Part shown: piece after piece, positions 26,151-38,813 of the stretch
How positions within the stretch are numbered: position 1 is the stretch's first letter
Layout: the number at the start of each line of letters is the position of its first letter
Origin: Vitrella brassicaformis CCMP3155
Lineage: Eukaryota; Protista; Chromerida
Length of the DNA: 64,000 nt
Reading direction: 5' to 3'
Assembly (NCBI GenBank): GCA_001179505.1
Contig: CDMY01000897.1
Location: 124,001-188,000 of the forward strand
The notes under the pieces: generated by a model
Told to the model about the DNA's origin: nothing
What the model saw: only the letters and a program-made list of their open reading frames with translations
Databases searched by the model: none
Program-made: the position numbers and the translations under genes

Positions 26151-26422
26151 GATGACGCTTGGAAAGAAATGAGTGGGGAGGTGGGGGGGAGAAACTGTCA
26201 GAAGTGCAAGTCGGTCCAGGGTTTAGGGTCTAGGGGTCAGAGGCGCGCAAGGTGCGAGCTTGAAACAGCTCTTCCGGGGCTTTGTGGCGATTTTCTCGCA
26301 AGCGACAGCTGTGTGAGGTAGCTCTGGGCGTGAGCTGTCAGGGTGATTGATCGATCTGGGGAAAATGGCGGCCTCAGCGTGGCGAAAGGCGTCTGTTGTG
26401 GTGCGTGGGAGAGAATCAAAGG
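26151..26422. promoter_or_regulatory. Bidirectional promoter (TPR gene / MFS) with a telo-box-like AGGGTTTAGGG and TGCGAGCT
   Basis: Divergent ATGs at 26150 and 26423; AGGGTTTAGGG at 26218-26228; TGCGAGCTTGAAACAGCT at 26253-26270. Confidence 0.55.
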
Positions 26423-28034
26423 ATGGCGATACGGCGTGTGCAGAGCGTGTGTGCTGCTGTTGGTGCGCAGGGCAGCGGTTTTCTGTTCAATTTGACAGCG
26501 GGATCCATATACACCTTCGGTAATAAGGGTGGGTGCTAGAAGAGAGGCCAGAGGGGCGACTTGTCTGTGTGTGTGTGTGTGTGGTATCCAATTCATGTTT
26601 GTTCTGTCAGCGAACATGAATGTCTACATCTGTTCCTACCTCAGGAAGGTGAGGCAGCCAGCCAGTCCACACACACACGCACACACACACACACATGCAT
26701 AGCCGCCCACCCCACCCTTGTAGGCGTGCCGCATGTCCATCCGGACAAAGGACACGGGGATGATATACGCATCAGGTCAGGCAGACAGACAGACAGACAG
26801 GCAGACAGACAGGCAGACAGACAGGCATGTTCGTGAAGCGGTGTGCCCACCACCATACTGTCTGCACACGTGTTCCCATGTGTGTGTGTGTGTGTGTGTG
26901 TGTACAGGTTGGCGCAACGGCCCAGATATGGGGCGACTCGGGGATAGACAGCGACCTAGTGCGGAGCAAAGATCTCTCGCTCTGCTACGCATTGGGTAGA
27001 TGTAGACTCATTGATTGATGCACACACACACACGCACCTGTGGTCACCCATGCCCTCAGCTGTGGTGGGCATTGGCCTGAGCGTCTTCATCGGCGGCCAG
27101 CTGGAGAGAAGAGTCGGGCCCAGGTCACACAGACAGCACACACACACAGAGGATCCACACACGCAGCCCGTGTGTGAGGTGGTGTGGTGTGGTGTGGTGT
27201 GATGTGTGTGCAGGGTGGGTGCTCTGGTCGGCGGGTGGCTGATGTCCCTGGGTGTGGCGCTGTCTGCCCTGACCATACAGCACTCGTACACCATGTTCCT
27301 GTTCACCTATGGCGTACGTCAGCCCGCTGCGAGGAGGGAAGACGCCACGCCCACACACACGCAGATGTGTGTGTGTGTGTAGATCATGTTTGGTGTGGCC
27401 AGTGGCCTGGCGTACCCCTGCCCACTCAGCTGTGCGTTCAAGTGGATGCCTGGTACACACACTCACTCGCGCCACGCGGCAGCCGACATATTTGTGCGCG
27501 AGCATGTCGGCGCGTGTGGGTGTGTGTGCAGAGCAGAGGGGCCTGGCAGGTGGACTGATTCTCGCCGGCACTGGCCTGTCGCCGCTCATATTCGGGCCGC
27601 TGCAGGTCAGTGAGTGAATGCTCCACACACGCACTTGTGGTGTGTGGGCATGACCAGACGATCTTTGTGAATCCGCACAACAAGCCGCCCACTTCTGTGC
27701 CGTACCCAGACCAACCTGAGGGTACGCTGCACTTCTGCGCAGTAAATATGATCTCTCTCTCTCTCTCCGTGTGTGTGTGTGCGTGTGTGCAGAAAAGTAC
27801 TATGAGGACAGCGAAATAGTCGATCGTGTGCCGCTGCTCCTGCTCCACCTGGCCGCCATATACGCAACGGTACGATCCGTTCCACTCACGAAGGTTTGTA
27901 TGATGTGTCTTTGTCTGTTATATACACACACAGATCCAGTTCATAGCGGCGATGAACTTTGTCAGCCCACCGGAGACACTGCCACCCCCGATGCCGCACA
28001 GAGGACCACCACGGGTAGGGTACCCATTCACACA

Positions 28035-28070
<36 letters not shown>

Positions 28071-29691
28071 TGCATACACATGTTTCCACGGTGTGCTGCA
28101 TGTCATGTGCAGACGGTGCCGGAGCCAGCAAAGAGGTAAGATGACAGCGACACAGCACCCGATGGGTGTACTGACAGGCACAGACACTCATCTCATCTGT
28201 GAGTGGTCGTGTCGTGTTGTCGGTTCGTGTCGTGTGCAGCAGCCCTTTGGTGCAGATATCTCCCGTGTCGATGGTGCAGTCACTGTCCTTCTGGACGCTC
28301 TGGCTGCTCTTCTTCTTCAACGGGCAGATCGTGTCCTTCCTCACCACCTTCTGGAAGGTATATGCATGCATAGATAGCTACCCGCCCGTTGGATGGATGT
28401 GTGGTGCGCGTGTTGTGTTGTGTGTGTGTTGTGTGTAGGTGGTGGGATATCGGCACCTTGGCCTGAGCGATCAGGCACTGGCCTATATCGGTGAGTAGGT
28501 CGGTGGCTGAAACACACTTAAGGCCTCTCTCTCTCTCTCTCTGCGTGTGTGTGTGTGTGTGTGTGTCGTGTGTCAACCAACAGGCAACAGTGTGGTGGCG
28601 ATGTCGAGTGCGGCTGGGCGGATTCTGTGGGGCATGGCCAGCGATGCATTCACATTCAAACGATGCATGGTGGGGGTGGGGTGGGGGAGGAAAGGCGTGG
28701 CGTGCACTGCATCGTCCACTTTGCCTGCCTGTCTGTGTGTGGGCGGGGCGGGAATGGGTGTGGGTGTTGTGTCGTCAGATCTACATAACGCTCCTGACGG
28801 GCTTCTTCGCCTTCACTCTCACCACGGCCGCAGAGTAAGCACGCACACTACAGACAGCCATGCCATGCACACCTTAAGCATAGCGTGACTGCAATCACTG
28901 CACAGGTACGGGCCTCCTGCGTTTTTTGCGTGGCTGGCGGTGCTGTACTCGTGCATCGGGGGCAGCTTCTCAATGTTCCCTGCCGTAAGGACGTCAGAGG
29001 AGAACCCATCCCATCCCATCCCTATGATGTGTGTGTGTGTGACTCTGTGTGTGTGCCCTGCGTGCCTCGTGTGTGTGTGTGTGTGTAGGTCACGGCCAAG
29101 ACATTCGGACAGACATACTTCGGGACCAACTACGGTAGGGACACGGTCACACAGACAGACACACACACACAAATGAGAATGTGTGTGTGTGTGTGTGTGC
29201 AGGTGTGATGTACACTGCCCGCGTGGCCAGCGCGGTCAGCCAGGCGATTGTACTCGGCCAAATCTATCACAAGGTGGGCAGCCAGAGGGTGTGCAAGAGA
29301 ACCACACAGTGTCGTGTGTGTGTGCAGATCGGTGATGAGGGCGTGATGCCCATCCTGGCTGCCTGCAGCTGCATCAGCCTCATGCTCACGCTGCTCTTCG
29401 ACCCACACGCAGCCATAGAGGCATGCACTGCACCGACTCACACCACGCACCCCGCACAGCACATGTCAGCCTCCCTCGGTGTGTGTGTGTCTGTGTGAAT
29501 CAGTATCACGACAAGGCCTTCCGGCAGTCGGCCGAGGCCGCCAGGCGGTATCTATCGGACGCGGCACACTGCACCAGCAGGGACAGAGAAAGAGACAGGG
29601 CCAGATGATGCATGTCGTGCATGGGTGGAGACATAGGCAGTCAGCTGCTGTACACAGGCATGTACGTATGTCAGCCTGCAAAAGGCGATAG
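26423..29691 (+). CDS. MFS transporter, oxalate:formate antiporter (OFA)/SLC16-like, multi-exon
   Basis: Spliced product MAIRRVQSVCAAVGAQGSGFLFNLTAGSIYTFANMNVYICSYLRK...GGQLERRVGPR (MFS motif A)...IMFGVASGLAYPCPL...RGLAGGLILAGTGLSPLIFGPLQ...SAAGRILWGMASD...IGGSFSMFPAVTAKTFG...NYG. The last one or two exons and the stop are uncertain. Confidence 0.85.
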
Positions 29692-30007
29692 GCGATTTGA
29701 TTTGGCACCCGATGGGCACTTTTCTGATGGATGGATGGATGGATGGATGGGCCTCTGGGCGTTCGCTCTTGACATATACCGACCGACATTTGCTCAGTGT
29801 CTAGTCCGCGCCTATCAGGTGGCCCTCAGTCAAATGGACAATACCAAACAGTGGGGGGAAAGTCCCTTGCTCCCTTAGTTCATATGTAACGCAATTATCG
29901 TCATCCCATGCAGTGCGGCACCCATCATCAGCAAGGCGTCCACCCCACCTGCCCGTCTGCCTTTCGTTCTCTCTGCCGCTCGGGACGGGCAGCGAGCTAC
30001 AAGTTAG

Positions 30008-33000
30008 TTATGTCTGCTGCGACCTCCCCCAGATGATGATGAACAGCGTGACGGCCCCGTAGAAGAACAGACTGCCGAACAGCAGCGCCTGACACACGTC
30101 GGCGAAGAACTCCCGAGGGTAGAGAGCCGACAGCTCACGCTCGAACTCACGCACACTGACACTCACACAGATCGACACAGAAGCATGTGTGTGTGTGTGT
30201 GGATGCGTGGAGGTACCCGCTGTAGACAGAGAAGAAGTTTCTGAGGACGTCATCTCTGTCTGTGTCTGCGCCCTGGCCTTGCCGCAGCGGCACCTCGAGG
30301 CCCGTCAGCCAACCCACCAGCTGGTGCAACCGGCCTGAACACACACACACACACAACACACACAGGTCCACACCCCTTCACCGGCAGACGGCAGAGCGAC
30401 AGACAGACGTACCTCCTCTGGGCGGTGCTTGGAAGTCTCTTGTTGGTGTCTTGGTTGAGTAGAGGGCCATCAGCCGCCGGTGGCCCTCTGCAGACTGAGA
30501 TGACGACCCGATTTGCTGGTCATCCTCACACAGCACTGACAGACACACACACTGTGTGTGGACAAACACACGTACGTCTTAGTGTGGGCGTGTGTGTCTG
30601 TGGTGTGGGCGGGTACGGTCTTCGATGAGCGTCCGTCGTCTGCACATTCGTTTCTCCTCCATCCGCTGCGCCGTCTCGGTGTTCCGATGCACCGCACACA
30701 AACTCTGCACACACACACACACGTGCATTTGTGTGTGTCTGTCTGTGTGGCCATACACACATACACACACACATACTTCGAGGTCGATCGGCTTTGTGAG
30801 GTGTGGGAGTGCGTGTGTGGACAGCCGAGAGAGCGGCCGCGAGAGGTCGCAGGCCTCCCACACTGTGTTGGTGGCCGCCACACAGGTGAGCAGCAGGAGG
30901 ATGAACGGGATGAAGGCCTGCTCCACCACACGGAAGTGCAGCAGCTGCAGCGAGTTCCTCTTCTGCACACACACACACACACACACTATCTGGAGGCGTG
31001 TGTGTGTGTGTGTGTGCCTATAGGGACCTCCGCTTCCTGTGCCGGATTGGCGAGGCTGGCTGCCGTGGTGCTGTTGTTGGCTGCACACACGGACGGGCAC
31101 ACACACGCACAGACGGATGGATGAGCAACAACGAAGGTGTGGATGCGTGTGTGTGTGGGGGGGGGGAGGGGGAGGTTGCGTACTTCGGATGGGGTTGTCG
31201 TTCTCCTCGAGGATGCCCTTGTCTTCGAGATACTTGAGCAGCCACAACTGATTAAAATGTGACACACACGCACAAAGGGACAATGACAGTCCCGCAGGCA
31301 GGGAATGAGAGACACAGAGAGGGAGAGAGCTCCCCCACTCCCCCAACCCACCTGCACCAGGGCAGGCGTGTGGCTCAGCTTGCACACCACCTGTATGGCA
31401 TCACATGCATCACACAGTCAATACGATTCAGTCAGTCGCCCAGTCAGTCGCCCACACCCACACCCACACACTGAAGTGTGTGTGCCCTGCCCTACCAGCA
31501 GGACGACGAGCGACAGGCGAGCCAGCTCGAAGCCACAGCCGCCCATCCACCCCTGCCCCACAATGATGTCCCGTGCCATGGGTTTGACCCACATGAGAGG
31601 GCAGAGCAGCGGCAGCGTGTACGACAGCCACGTACACATGCTCGACGGGGAACGCGAGTCGACACTGCAGCCAGCCAGAATGTCAGGATGGACAGAGAGA
31701 TCCACACTGCTGATCTGATGCTTACGCGTGTGTGGGTGGGAGGGGGTGGGGTGTGTGTGTGTGCTGTGCTGTGCTTACAGGTCCGCCACTTCTCGCTGGC
31801 AGAGGCCTCTCATCTGCAATACACAATGAGTGCACAAACGCGTCACAGACAGGTATACAGGCTGGCCAACAGACACAGGTGTGCGTCAGGTGTGTGAGAG
31901 ATGGTGCCTGTGAGTACCGACCGGGTCGGCATGGTAGAGCTCCAGCAACGTTGTCTCATAGTAGGCGTTGAAGGCCGCCGCCTGCACACACATACACACA
32001 CCCACACACACAGATGGTGCGAGCACATCAACGAACCTGTCGCCAGAAATGCACGCACACAACGAGCGTATCTATTTTACCACGGCAAAGACGACCAGGA
32101 ATGATGAGATGAAGATGAGCAGCATCTCGCCCTGCAGCAGCCACACCCCCAATGTCACCGACCTGACATCCATCCACATAGCATTACGATAGATGACACA
32201 TACATTTGGATATATGCGCCCGTCCATCCATCCATCCGTCCATCCATCCGTCCATCCATCCACTCGTACGTGCCGAGGTTGAAGGGCCGCATGGTCGCCA
32301 CCCAGCGGTTCTTGAGCTCCTGAATCCCTACGCCCATCCATCCCACACGCACACACATTCAAATGTGATCCACACGCACACACTCCTTCCTACTCATGGG
32401 TGCGGTGCGTACCAGGTTGAATGGTGTAGTCGAACCATGGGCTGAGCTGTGGCTCCTGCTCGACGCCCACCAGGATGGCCCAGCAGAACAGCGAAGCCAT
32501 CAACGTGCACCTTCACACACGCACACACACACAGAGATGCACACACACAGGCGTGGGAGGGATGGTTCGTCGTTAGTTACAAAATGAGCAGGAAGCAGAA
32601 GAGGTAGGTCCGCTTGAGCTTCTGCATCGTCACCCAGCTCAGGTGAGACCTGCAGTCAGTGAGTACACACAAACCGCCCGTGTGGTGTGGTGTGTGTGGT
32701 GTGTGTGGTGTGTGTGGTGTGTGTGGTGTGTGTGGTGTGTGGTGTGTGTGTGGGTGTGGTGTGGCTTGCTTACAGTGCGATGAGGATTGCGGTGAATGAG
32801 TGCATCGGCACGAACCACGAGTGCGTCCTGATCGATCCAATGCCACAGACAGACAAACGTACGTGTCCTCTGGCTGACTGACCTGTGCCCCTGGACGGCC
32901 CACTTGACAAACATGATCACCGACGCCATGACCGAAGTGCTCACCTGCGGGGGCAACACACGAATGAATGCATGAGCCCGCCCACTGCACACCACACTGT

Positions 33001-33699
33001 CAGTCATTACTACCGACCAGTATGAGAGTCGTGTTGAAGTGCGTCCTCAGGGAGGTCCAGGGGAAGTGCGACAAGTCGTAGCCGTAGCACTCGTAGACCT
33101 ACACACGACACACACACGCACGCATTGCAATGCAAGCAGATGCATCTCAGCCAAGCCATGAATTGAATGGATGTGTGTCCTTAATTGCTGACCTTTGCGA
33201 GCTTCATTCGGTCCCACCCCTCGTCGGCCGCACTGACAGTCTCGAAGGTGCGCGACGGCTCCAGCGGACGATTCTGCGGCTGCTGACGGGCCGCACGGGA
33301 CCTGCTCATGAACACACGCCGAGGAATGTTCGTGTCAGTCGGGGTGGGGTGTGTGTGTGTCCGCCCATAGGCACCTACCTTCTCTTCTCGTTCAAGTGTA
33401 TGTTGGCCATCCTCTTGTGCGTGAAGGCAGCGCACGGCGCGTGCCACAGACTGATCGGCCGATGGACCGACCAGTACGCCCAGACAGACAGACAGACAAT
33501 CCTTTCTTCATCCACTCATTCATGGGATGGCTGTCCCAGCCGCCTTCCCACTTACTTACCCGAGGATGAACATATCTCCCATGTTAGCGAATTTGCTGAG
33601 CGCCATGCCCAGCAGGAAGGGGAAGGTCCACAGGTCGATAGGGAACACATCGCGAAATATGTGCGGGAACCGGAAGGAGGACGAACTTGAGCCCGCCAT
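30008..33699 (-). CDS. Hypothetical multipass membrane protein (many small exons, family not recognised)
   Basis: Phase-compatible exons from MAGSSSSSFRFPHIFRDVFPIDLWTFPFLLG to ...FYGAVTLFIIIWGRSQQT-TAA (30008). Many hydrophobic segments: RTYLFCFLLI, CTLMASLFCWAILVG, EMLLIFISSFLVVFAV, AFIPFILLLLTCVAA, QALLFGSLFFYGAVTLFIIIW. Confidence 0.7.
32678..32762. repeat. Intronic (GGTGTGTGT)n / GT-rich tandem repeat, representative of the many intronic microsatellites
   Basis: Tandem GGTGTGTGT-type units. (GT)n, (CA)n, (CAGA)n, (GATG)n and (GA)n tracts are common in introns from about 22 kb onward. Confidence 0.9.
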
Positions 33700-34083
33700 C
33701 ACCTCACGCACCGCACCTACGGAGTGATGCGATGAGCGATGCTCTCTCACTCAGCGGCCTCCTGCACACCATACAGAGAGAAACAAATCAATCTGCATGT
33801 GATCCATTGGTGTGCGGATCTGGTTACTTGTAATCGACTCTTCTCGCAGATTTCACACAGGGCGAATGCAGCGCGGCATTCGTCCCTTCCCCAGAGCTCG
33901 CAGATGCAATGGCTCGCTGGGGCGTCAAAAGCTGAATCTCCAGCGACGATGAGAGCCTGAGAGTGTCGTCCGGCAGGCGGCCGAGGCGAATTAGCGGTAG
34001 CAGCAGCAGCAGGGGGCCATAAGTGAGAGCGGCGCTCTCTGGGCACTTTGGGCGTCGATTAGGGGCAGCCTGGCGCGGCCACT
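33700..34083. promoter_or_regulatory. Bidirectional promoter (membrane protein / methyltransferase) with TGCGAGCT on the minus strand
   Basis: Divergent ATGs at 33699 and 34084; AGCTCGCA at 33895-33902. Confidence 0.5.
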
Positions 34084-35693
34084 ATGGCACAGGTGAGTCG
34101 AGGACGCAAAGACAGGCACGAATCATGGCTGTCTGTCTGTTTGTTGCCTCGTTTGACTTTTGGTGTCTTGTGCTGTGGCTGTGTGTGCGCGTGTGGATCA
34201 GTATGGGAAGAAGGAGTATTGGGACGAGCGGTATACCAAGTAAGCAAATGGGAAAACGGATGCTCACGTGGACAAAGGAGTGCGTCGGCGTACATGCCGC
34301 TCATGGGCTCTCTCTGCGTGTGTGGATGATATGTGTGTGTCAGGGATCCCGATGCGTTTGATTGGTACCAGCGGTATCCGGCGTTGAAGGAGATCCTGGG
34401 CGACCTGGTGCAGGTCTCGCACAAGATACTCAACGTCGGATGCGGCAACTCAAGTACGCACAACACACACAAGGACCAGAACGACACACAGAGAGAGGGA
34501 GGGTGGGTGTGTATTCCTGGACGTGACTGACGTATCAGGGTTGTCTGAGGACATGTATGAGGACGGGTACCACAGTATAGAGAACGTTGACATATCGAGC
34601 ATCGTCATCAAGGGCATGCAGGAGAAACACGCAGACAAACCCGGAATGGCATGTAAGACAGAAGACCGTCGGGGACACAGCCCAGCCCACCCAACGCTCT
34701 GTGTGTCCGTGTGTGTGTTTCGGTGTGTGTGCTGGTCGGTCGGTGTCTGTCAGTTCGTCAGATGAATGTGTTGGACATGAAGGAGTTTTCTGACGGCCAG
34801 TTCGACACGGTTATCGATAAGGGCACCATGGACAGCATTCTGGTACGGCGGTGCCTGCAGAGAGAGCATGGCGTCAAAGCAATGCATGGGGGGCAGAGCA
34901 GAGAGCACCTGGGCTGAGGCGAGCAGACAGAGGCGTCGGTCGCCGGACTGGATGTCTGTCTGCTGTCTTGCGTCCATCAGTGCGGGCAGGATTCGACGCG
35001 CAACGTGCAGACGATGCTCAAGGAGATATTTCGAGTGCTCAAGTAAGTAACCAACCAGGTGGAGCAGACGCACGAATGGGCTGTGCGTGTGTGATGATTG
35101 CTCACATGTGTCAGGCCAAGTGGTCAGTACGTCTGCGTCACGTATGGGCAGCCATCGTACCGGATGACGTACCTGCAGGTGGGGGTGTGTGTGTTACATT
35201 GATTTAATTGCTTCTGGGATGCATGTGTGTGTGGGTTTCTGTCTGTCTTGCGTGGCGTGCAGCGTCCCGAGTTGGGGTGGAAGGTTGACATCAAGACGGT
35301 GCAGAAACAGACCATGGCCGTCTCAGGTGCGGGGCGGTGCGTGCGAGGCTGTGGCCGGGGCCCCCCCCACACACACATCACATCAGTCAGTGTCTTGTGT
35401 TCTGTTTGCCCTGTCTGTCCTCTGTGCTGTGTGTATCACACAGCCAACATCCAGGCAGACGAGAAGGACAACGTCCACTACATCTACGTCTGCACAAAGG
35501 TCGGTCGGCGTGTAAACCAGACAGACAGACAGACAGACCAACAGACAGACCAACAGACAGACGGACGGACAGGCTGCTCTGCTCTGCGTGTGCCTTTGTG
35601 GATGGCTGGATTGGATGAGTGCAGACGGCAGAGGGTGAGCACAAGATCCCGATGGACTCGGAGAACAGCCCCACAGAAGAGGTCGTCGCGTGA
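34084..35693 (+). CDS. Class I SAM-dependent methyltransferase, EEF1AKMT4/METTL13-N-like
   Basis: Spliced MAQYGKKEYWDERY...FDWYQRY...ILNVGCGNS...NVDISSIVI...MNVLDM...FDTVIDKGTMDSILCG...MLKEIFRVLKPSGQYVCVTYGQP...HYIYVCTK; stop TGA at 35691-35693. Confidence 0.9.
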
Positions 35694-36542
35694 TCTGATC
35701 TGATCGGGCTGGGCTGGCTGGTCGGACCGACTGACTACCCAGCCCAAGACACTGACATACGAGTGCATGCGAAGCGAATGCACACCTAGTGTGGTACACC
35801 TCTCTCTATGCTCATATATGTGGTGGATCGATCTGATGTGTGTGGTGTGCAACACGAGATGAGATGGAATGACTGACACGGGGTGGACGACATGCATGCC
35901 GGCTGGCCGGCCCTTTCCCCCTCCCCTCACAGAGAGAACAGAGGCAGGCCAGGTGTGTGTGTTGATATGCTTGATGGTGACCAACGACAGACAGATCGAC
36001 GTACGAGTACTTAGTAGTCTTCGTAAAGGGAAGGACGGACGGCCGGATGCATGGTGAATTCGATCGACATGAGTGCTTGCTTGTCTGCGGGGGCAGGGTG
36101 TGTGGGGGTTGACCTACTCCGCTGCTTGCTGCTTGCTGGTCTGGTTGTGCGCCTGCGTGGGCTTCCTTCCTTGTGTGACCGACGTTTCAATGCAATGCCC
36201 CCATCTATTCTATGAGTGTGTGTGTGATGTGTAAAGCCCTTGGTTGTTTGTTCGTTCCCTTCCCCACCGACCACAACGTGCAGTGCAATGCATCAATGCA
36301 TCATTGGAGTGTATGAGCAACAGGGAGGGATACACTCACACAGAAATGAGTCCACAGTCACCGATCAAGCGTGTGCCAATGAAAATGGTTAACGAACGTG
36401 TCATTCGTCCATCGATGCATCCATCCATTCAGTCATTCATTCAGTCAATCCGCCCTTCCCGCCTCTCAATCCTCAGTGTGCATCTCTCTCTTGCGCCGTG
36501 TTTGTCGTGTCGGCCGCACTCACCTCACTCACTGTCAGACAG

Positions 36543-37703
36543 TCACTCGAATGAGTCGCTGATGTATTCTCTGATGTCTTGCGTCTCGTGTGCGGGATCG
36601 TCGTATGTGATGCCTTCCACATTGAGGCCAGATGGGGGCCCGATCGGCAGCACTCCGCCACCTCTCACACGCAGCGACGGGTTGCTCTTGTACAGCAGCG
36701 CACGCTCCTTGTCCTGCATGATGCTCGAACCCAACACAGTGCCAGTCGTCAACTGCACACACACACATACACAGTGACAGACAAGGATAGAGGGAGATGG
36801 TGTGCGTGTCTGTCTGTCGTCTCTCTCTGTTAGGTACCTCTGACGGCGGCTGCGGTGGGATCACGGGGCCGTTCTGGGCGATCTGCTGCATCTGGAGCAT
36901 CTCCCGCAGTGCGAGTCAGCTCCTCTATCTCTGGCCAACGACACACACACAGGAGGAGAAAGTGTGTTCGTGTCTCTTGTCAGTCAGTGTGTCAGCCGTC
37001 CATCCATCACGCTGTTTCTGGCTGTCGATGAGGAATTGAATGTTGCGCCGCCAAGACCCTGATCGAACAGAGACAGAGAAAGTGAGTGGACTGGCCTGTA
37101 TGTGTGTTTGTCCACTCACTGAGTGATTGAGTGGTTGACTGACTGACCGAGTCGTGATGTTTGCTTTCGCAGCTCTCTGTTGAATTTGATTGCGCTCTCC
37201 CGTCTGTTTCTCCTGTCGCGCACGTCGCGGATCTGCCGATCGTAGTCGACATTGAGCACGGGGAACTCTCCTGAGAGGGACGCACAGATATATACCCTTC
37301 TCTCTCTGTCTGTCTGTGTATGTGTCTGTGTCTCCCACCGTCGTCCATGTCCTTGCCTGCAATGCATTGCCATGCCACCACACACGACGTGACTGACTGT
37401 GTGTGTGTCTATGTGAGAGTGAGTGTCTCTGTCTCCCTCTCATTCTGCTCACCCAGCCACGGCCGGTACATGAGTCCGCGGCCGCCATTCACCGGATCAA
37501 CCATCGGCGCCTGCAAACCAATGGACGCCACACATCGATTCGATTGGTTCGCTCTTTCATGTCAGTGGCTTGCTTACAGGCCGCAGAGAATTCGGCGGGA
37601 AGTTCTCGTCTTCTCTTCTCTCTGGGTTCACGCCATCGGCTCGAGAGCCAACGACAGCCAAGGCCAGCAGAACCGTAACGACACACACACACGCACGCGT
37701 CAT
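36543..37703 (-). CDS. Hypothetical signal-peptide protein (about 200 aa) with an apparent frameshift near 36913
   Basis: MTRACVCVVTVLLALAVVGSRA-DG is signal-peptide-like. Phase-matched exons give ...LRP/APMVDPVNGG.../GEFPVLNVDYDRQ.../GSWRRNIQFLIDSQKQ/QIEELT. The GC3-rich continuation ALREMLQMQQ...ISDSFE-TGA (36543) lies in a different frame. Confidence 0.6.
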
Positions 37704-38141
37704 GACGGATGTGTTGGTCACTTGTGTTCTTTCGTTCGGCCTTTGCTTCTCAAGGCGCCTGATCGATCGATCGACCAACTAATGTGTCGCCTTCTTTGTA
37801 TCGATCATACAAACACAGACATACAGACATACAAAAAGATGGGCGGATACTGTCAGTGTATCTGTGCAGTGCACGCATCGATGTCACAATGGTTTCCCGT
37901 CGGATTCTCCCAGCAGACATCAATTGACACCTCCAACCCATTCATTGATACATACAGAAAAAACACAAGTCGTCATTGTTTTCACACACACACCCGCACA
38001 TCGGTGCAATGTAACACACGCGTGCACACACACACACACACACACACATAGCGTGCACAGCAGAGAAAGAAAGGAAACATCCCGCCCGCAAGCTCCCCAA
38101 TCTCCCTCCCTCCCTCCCTCCCTCCCTGTGTGTCGATCGAG

Positions 38142-38813
38142 CTAGAACCAGCAGAACTTGTCTCTGTTCTTCTTGACCCGTTTGTCGAGCAGCTCCTCGG
38201 CCGTCAGCTCCCTGTCCATCTTCTCCTTGATGGTCTTGTAGCCCATGCCCGCCTTCTCGCGGTAGGTGAGGATGCTCTTGGTCTTCTTGAGCTTCTTCTC
38301 CAGCCGCTTCGATATCTCGTCCTTGAGCATCGCGTCTGACAGCCCCTCGCCATCGGCCACCGCCGCCTCCCCCTCCCTCTCGGCCAGCGACCGCTCCGCC
38401 GCACGCTTGATCTTGATGCTGTCCTTCTTGATGTGGTAGGCCGTGGTCGACAGCAGGTCGGAACTGAACTTGTCATGGAGAGTGAGGCTGCGCTGGCCCA
38501 GCACGCCCACGACAATGCGATCCTCCACCTCGAGCGATGTCGGGTGGTGCACCAGGATCTTGTCGCCGAGCTCCACCTCCTCTTTGAATTTTGTCTCGAA
38601 GCCGTTGACCGTCATGCCGGAAGTGACCAGGCGGCCGCTGCCCTCCTCCACGGGAACCTCCTCGTCCTCGTCGTCGTCTTGGTCCTCTGCCGCTGCCCTG
38701 CTGGACTCCTGCTCGGCAGCCTGCTCCTCCCTCTTCCTCTTCTTCTTGGACTTCTTGAGCACGTCGCCCTTCAGCTTCAGCTTGCCGCCGACGGCACTGC
38801 CATACTCAGCCAT
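38142..38813 (-). CDS. Single-exon 223-aa basic (probably nuclear) protein with FRG1-like N- and C-termini
   Basis: N-terminus MAEYGSAVGGKLKLKGDVLKKSKKKRKREE resembles FRG1 MAEYSYVKSTKLVLKG...KKRKREE. C-terminus LLDKRVKKNRDKFCWF resembles FRG1 LLDRRAKLKADRYCK. Intact GC3-rich ORF. Confidence 0.6.
   Translation of the reverse strand: MAEYGSAVGGKLKLKGDVLKKSKKKRKREEQAAEQESSRAAAEDQDDDEDEEVPVEEGSGRLVTSGMTVNGFETKFKEEVELGDKILVHHPTSLEVEDRIVVGVLGQRSLTLHDKFSSDLLSTTAYHIKKDSIKIKRAAERSLAEREGEAAVADGEGLSDAMLKDEISKRLEKKLKKTKSILTYREKAGMGYKTIKEKMDRELTAEELLDKRVKKNRDKFCWF

Noticed and set aside
29421-29500. Possible GC-AG intron at the 3' end of the MFS gene
   Set aside because: Plausible but cannot be told apart from simple read-through to a stop at 29498 without cDNA.
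32678-32762. Regular repeat arrays as a possible CRISPR or minisatellite system
   Set aside because: Simple GT-rich intronic microsatellites with no unique spacers, in a eukaryotic context.
36905-36925. In-frame TGA before ALREMLQ as a possible selenocysteine
   Set aside because: The upstream exon frame does not lead into that frame (TAG just before, phase mismatch), there is no redox-like context, and I saw no SECIS.
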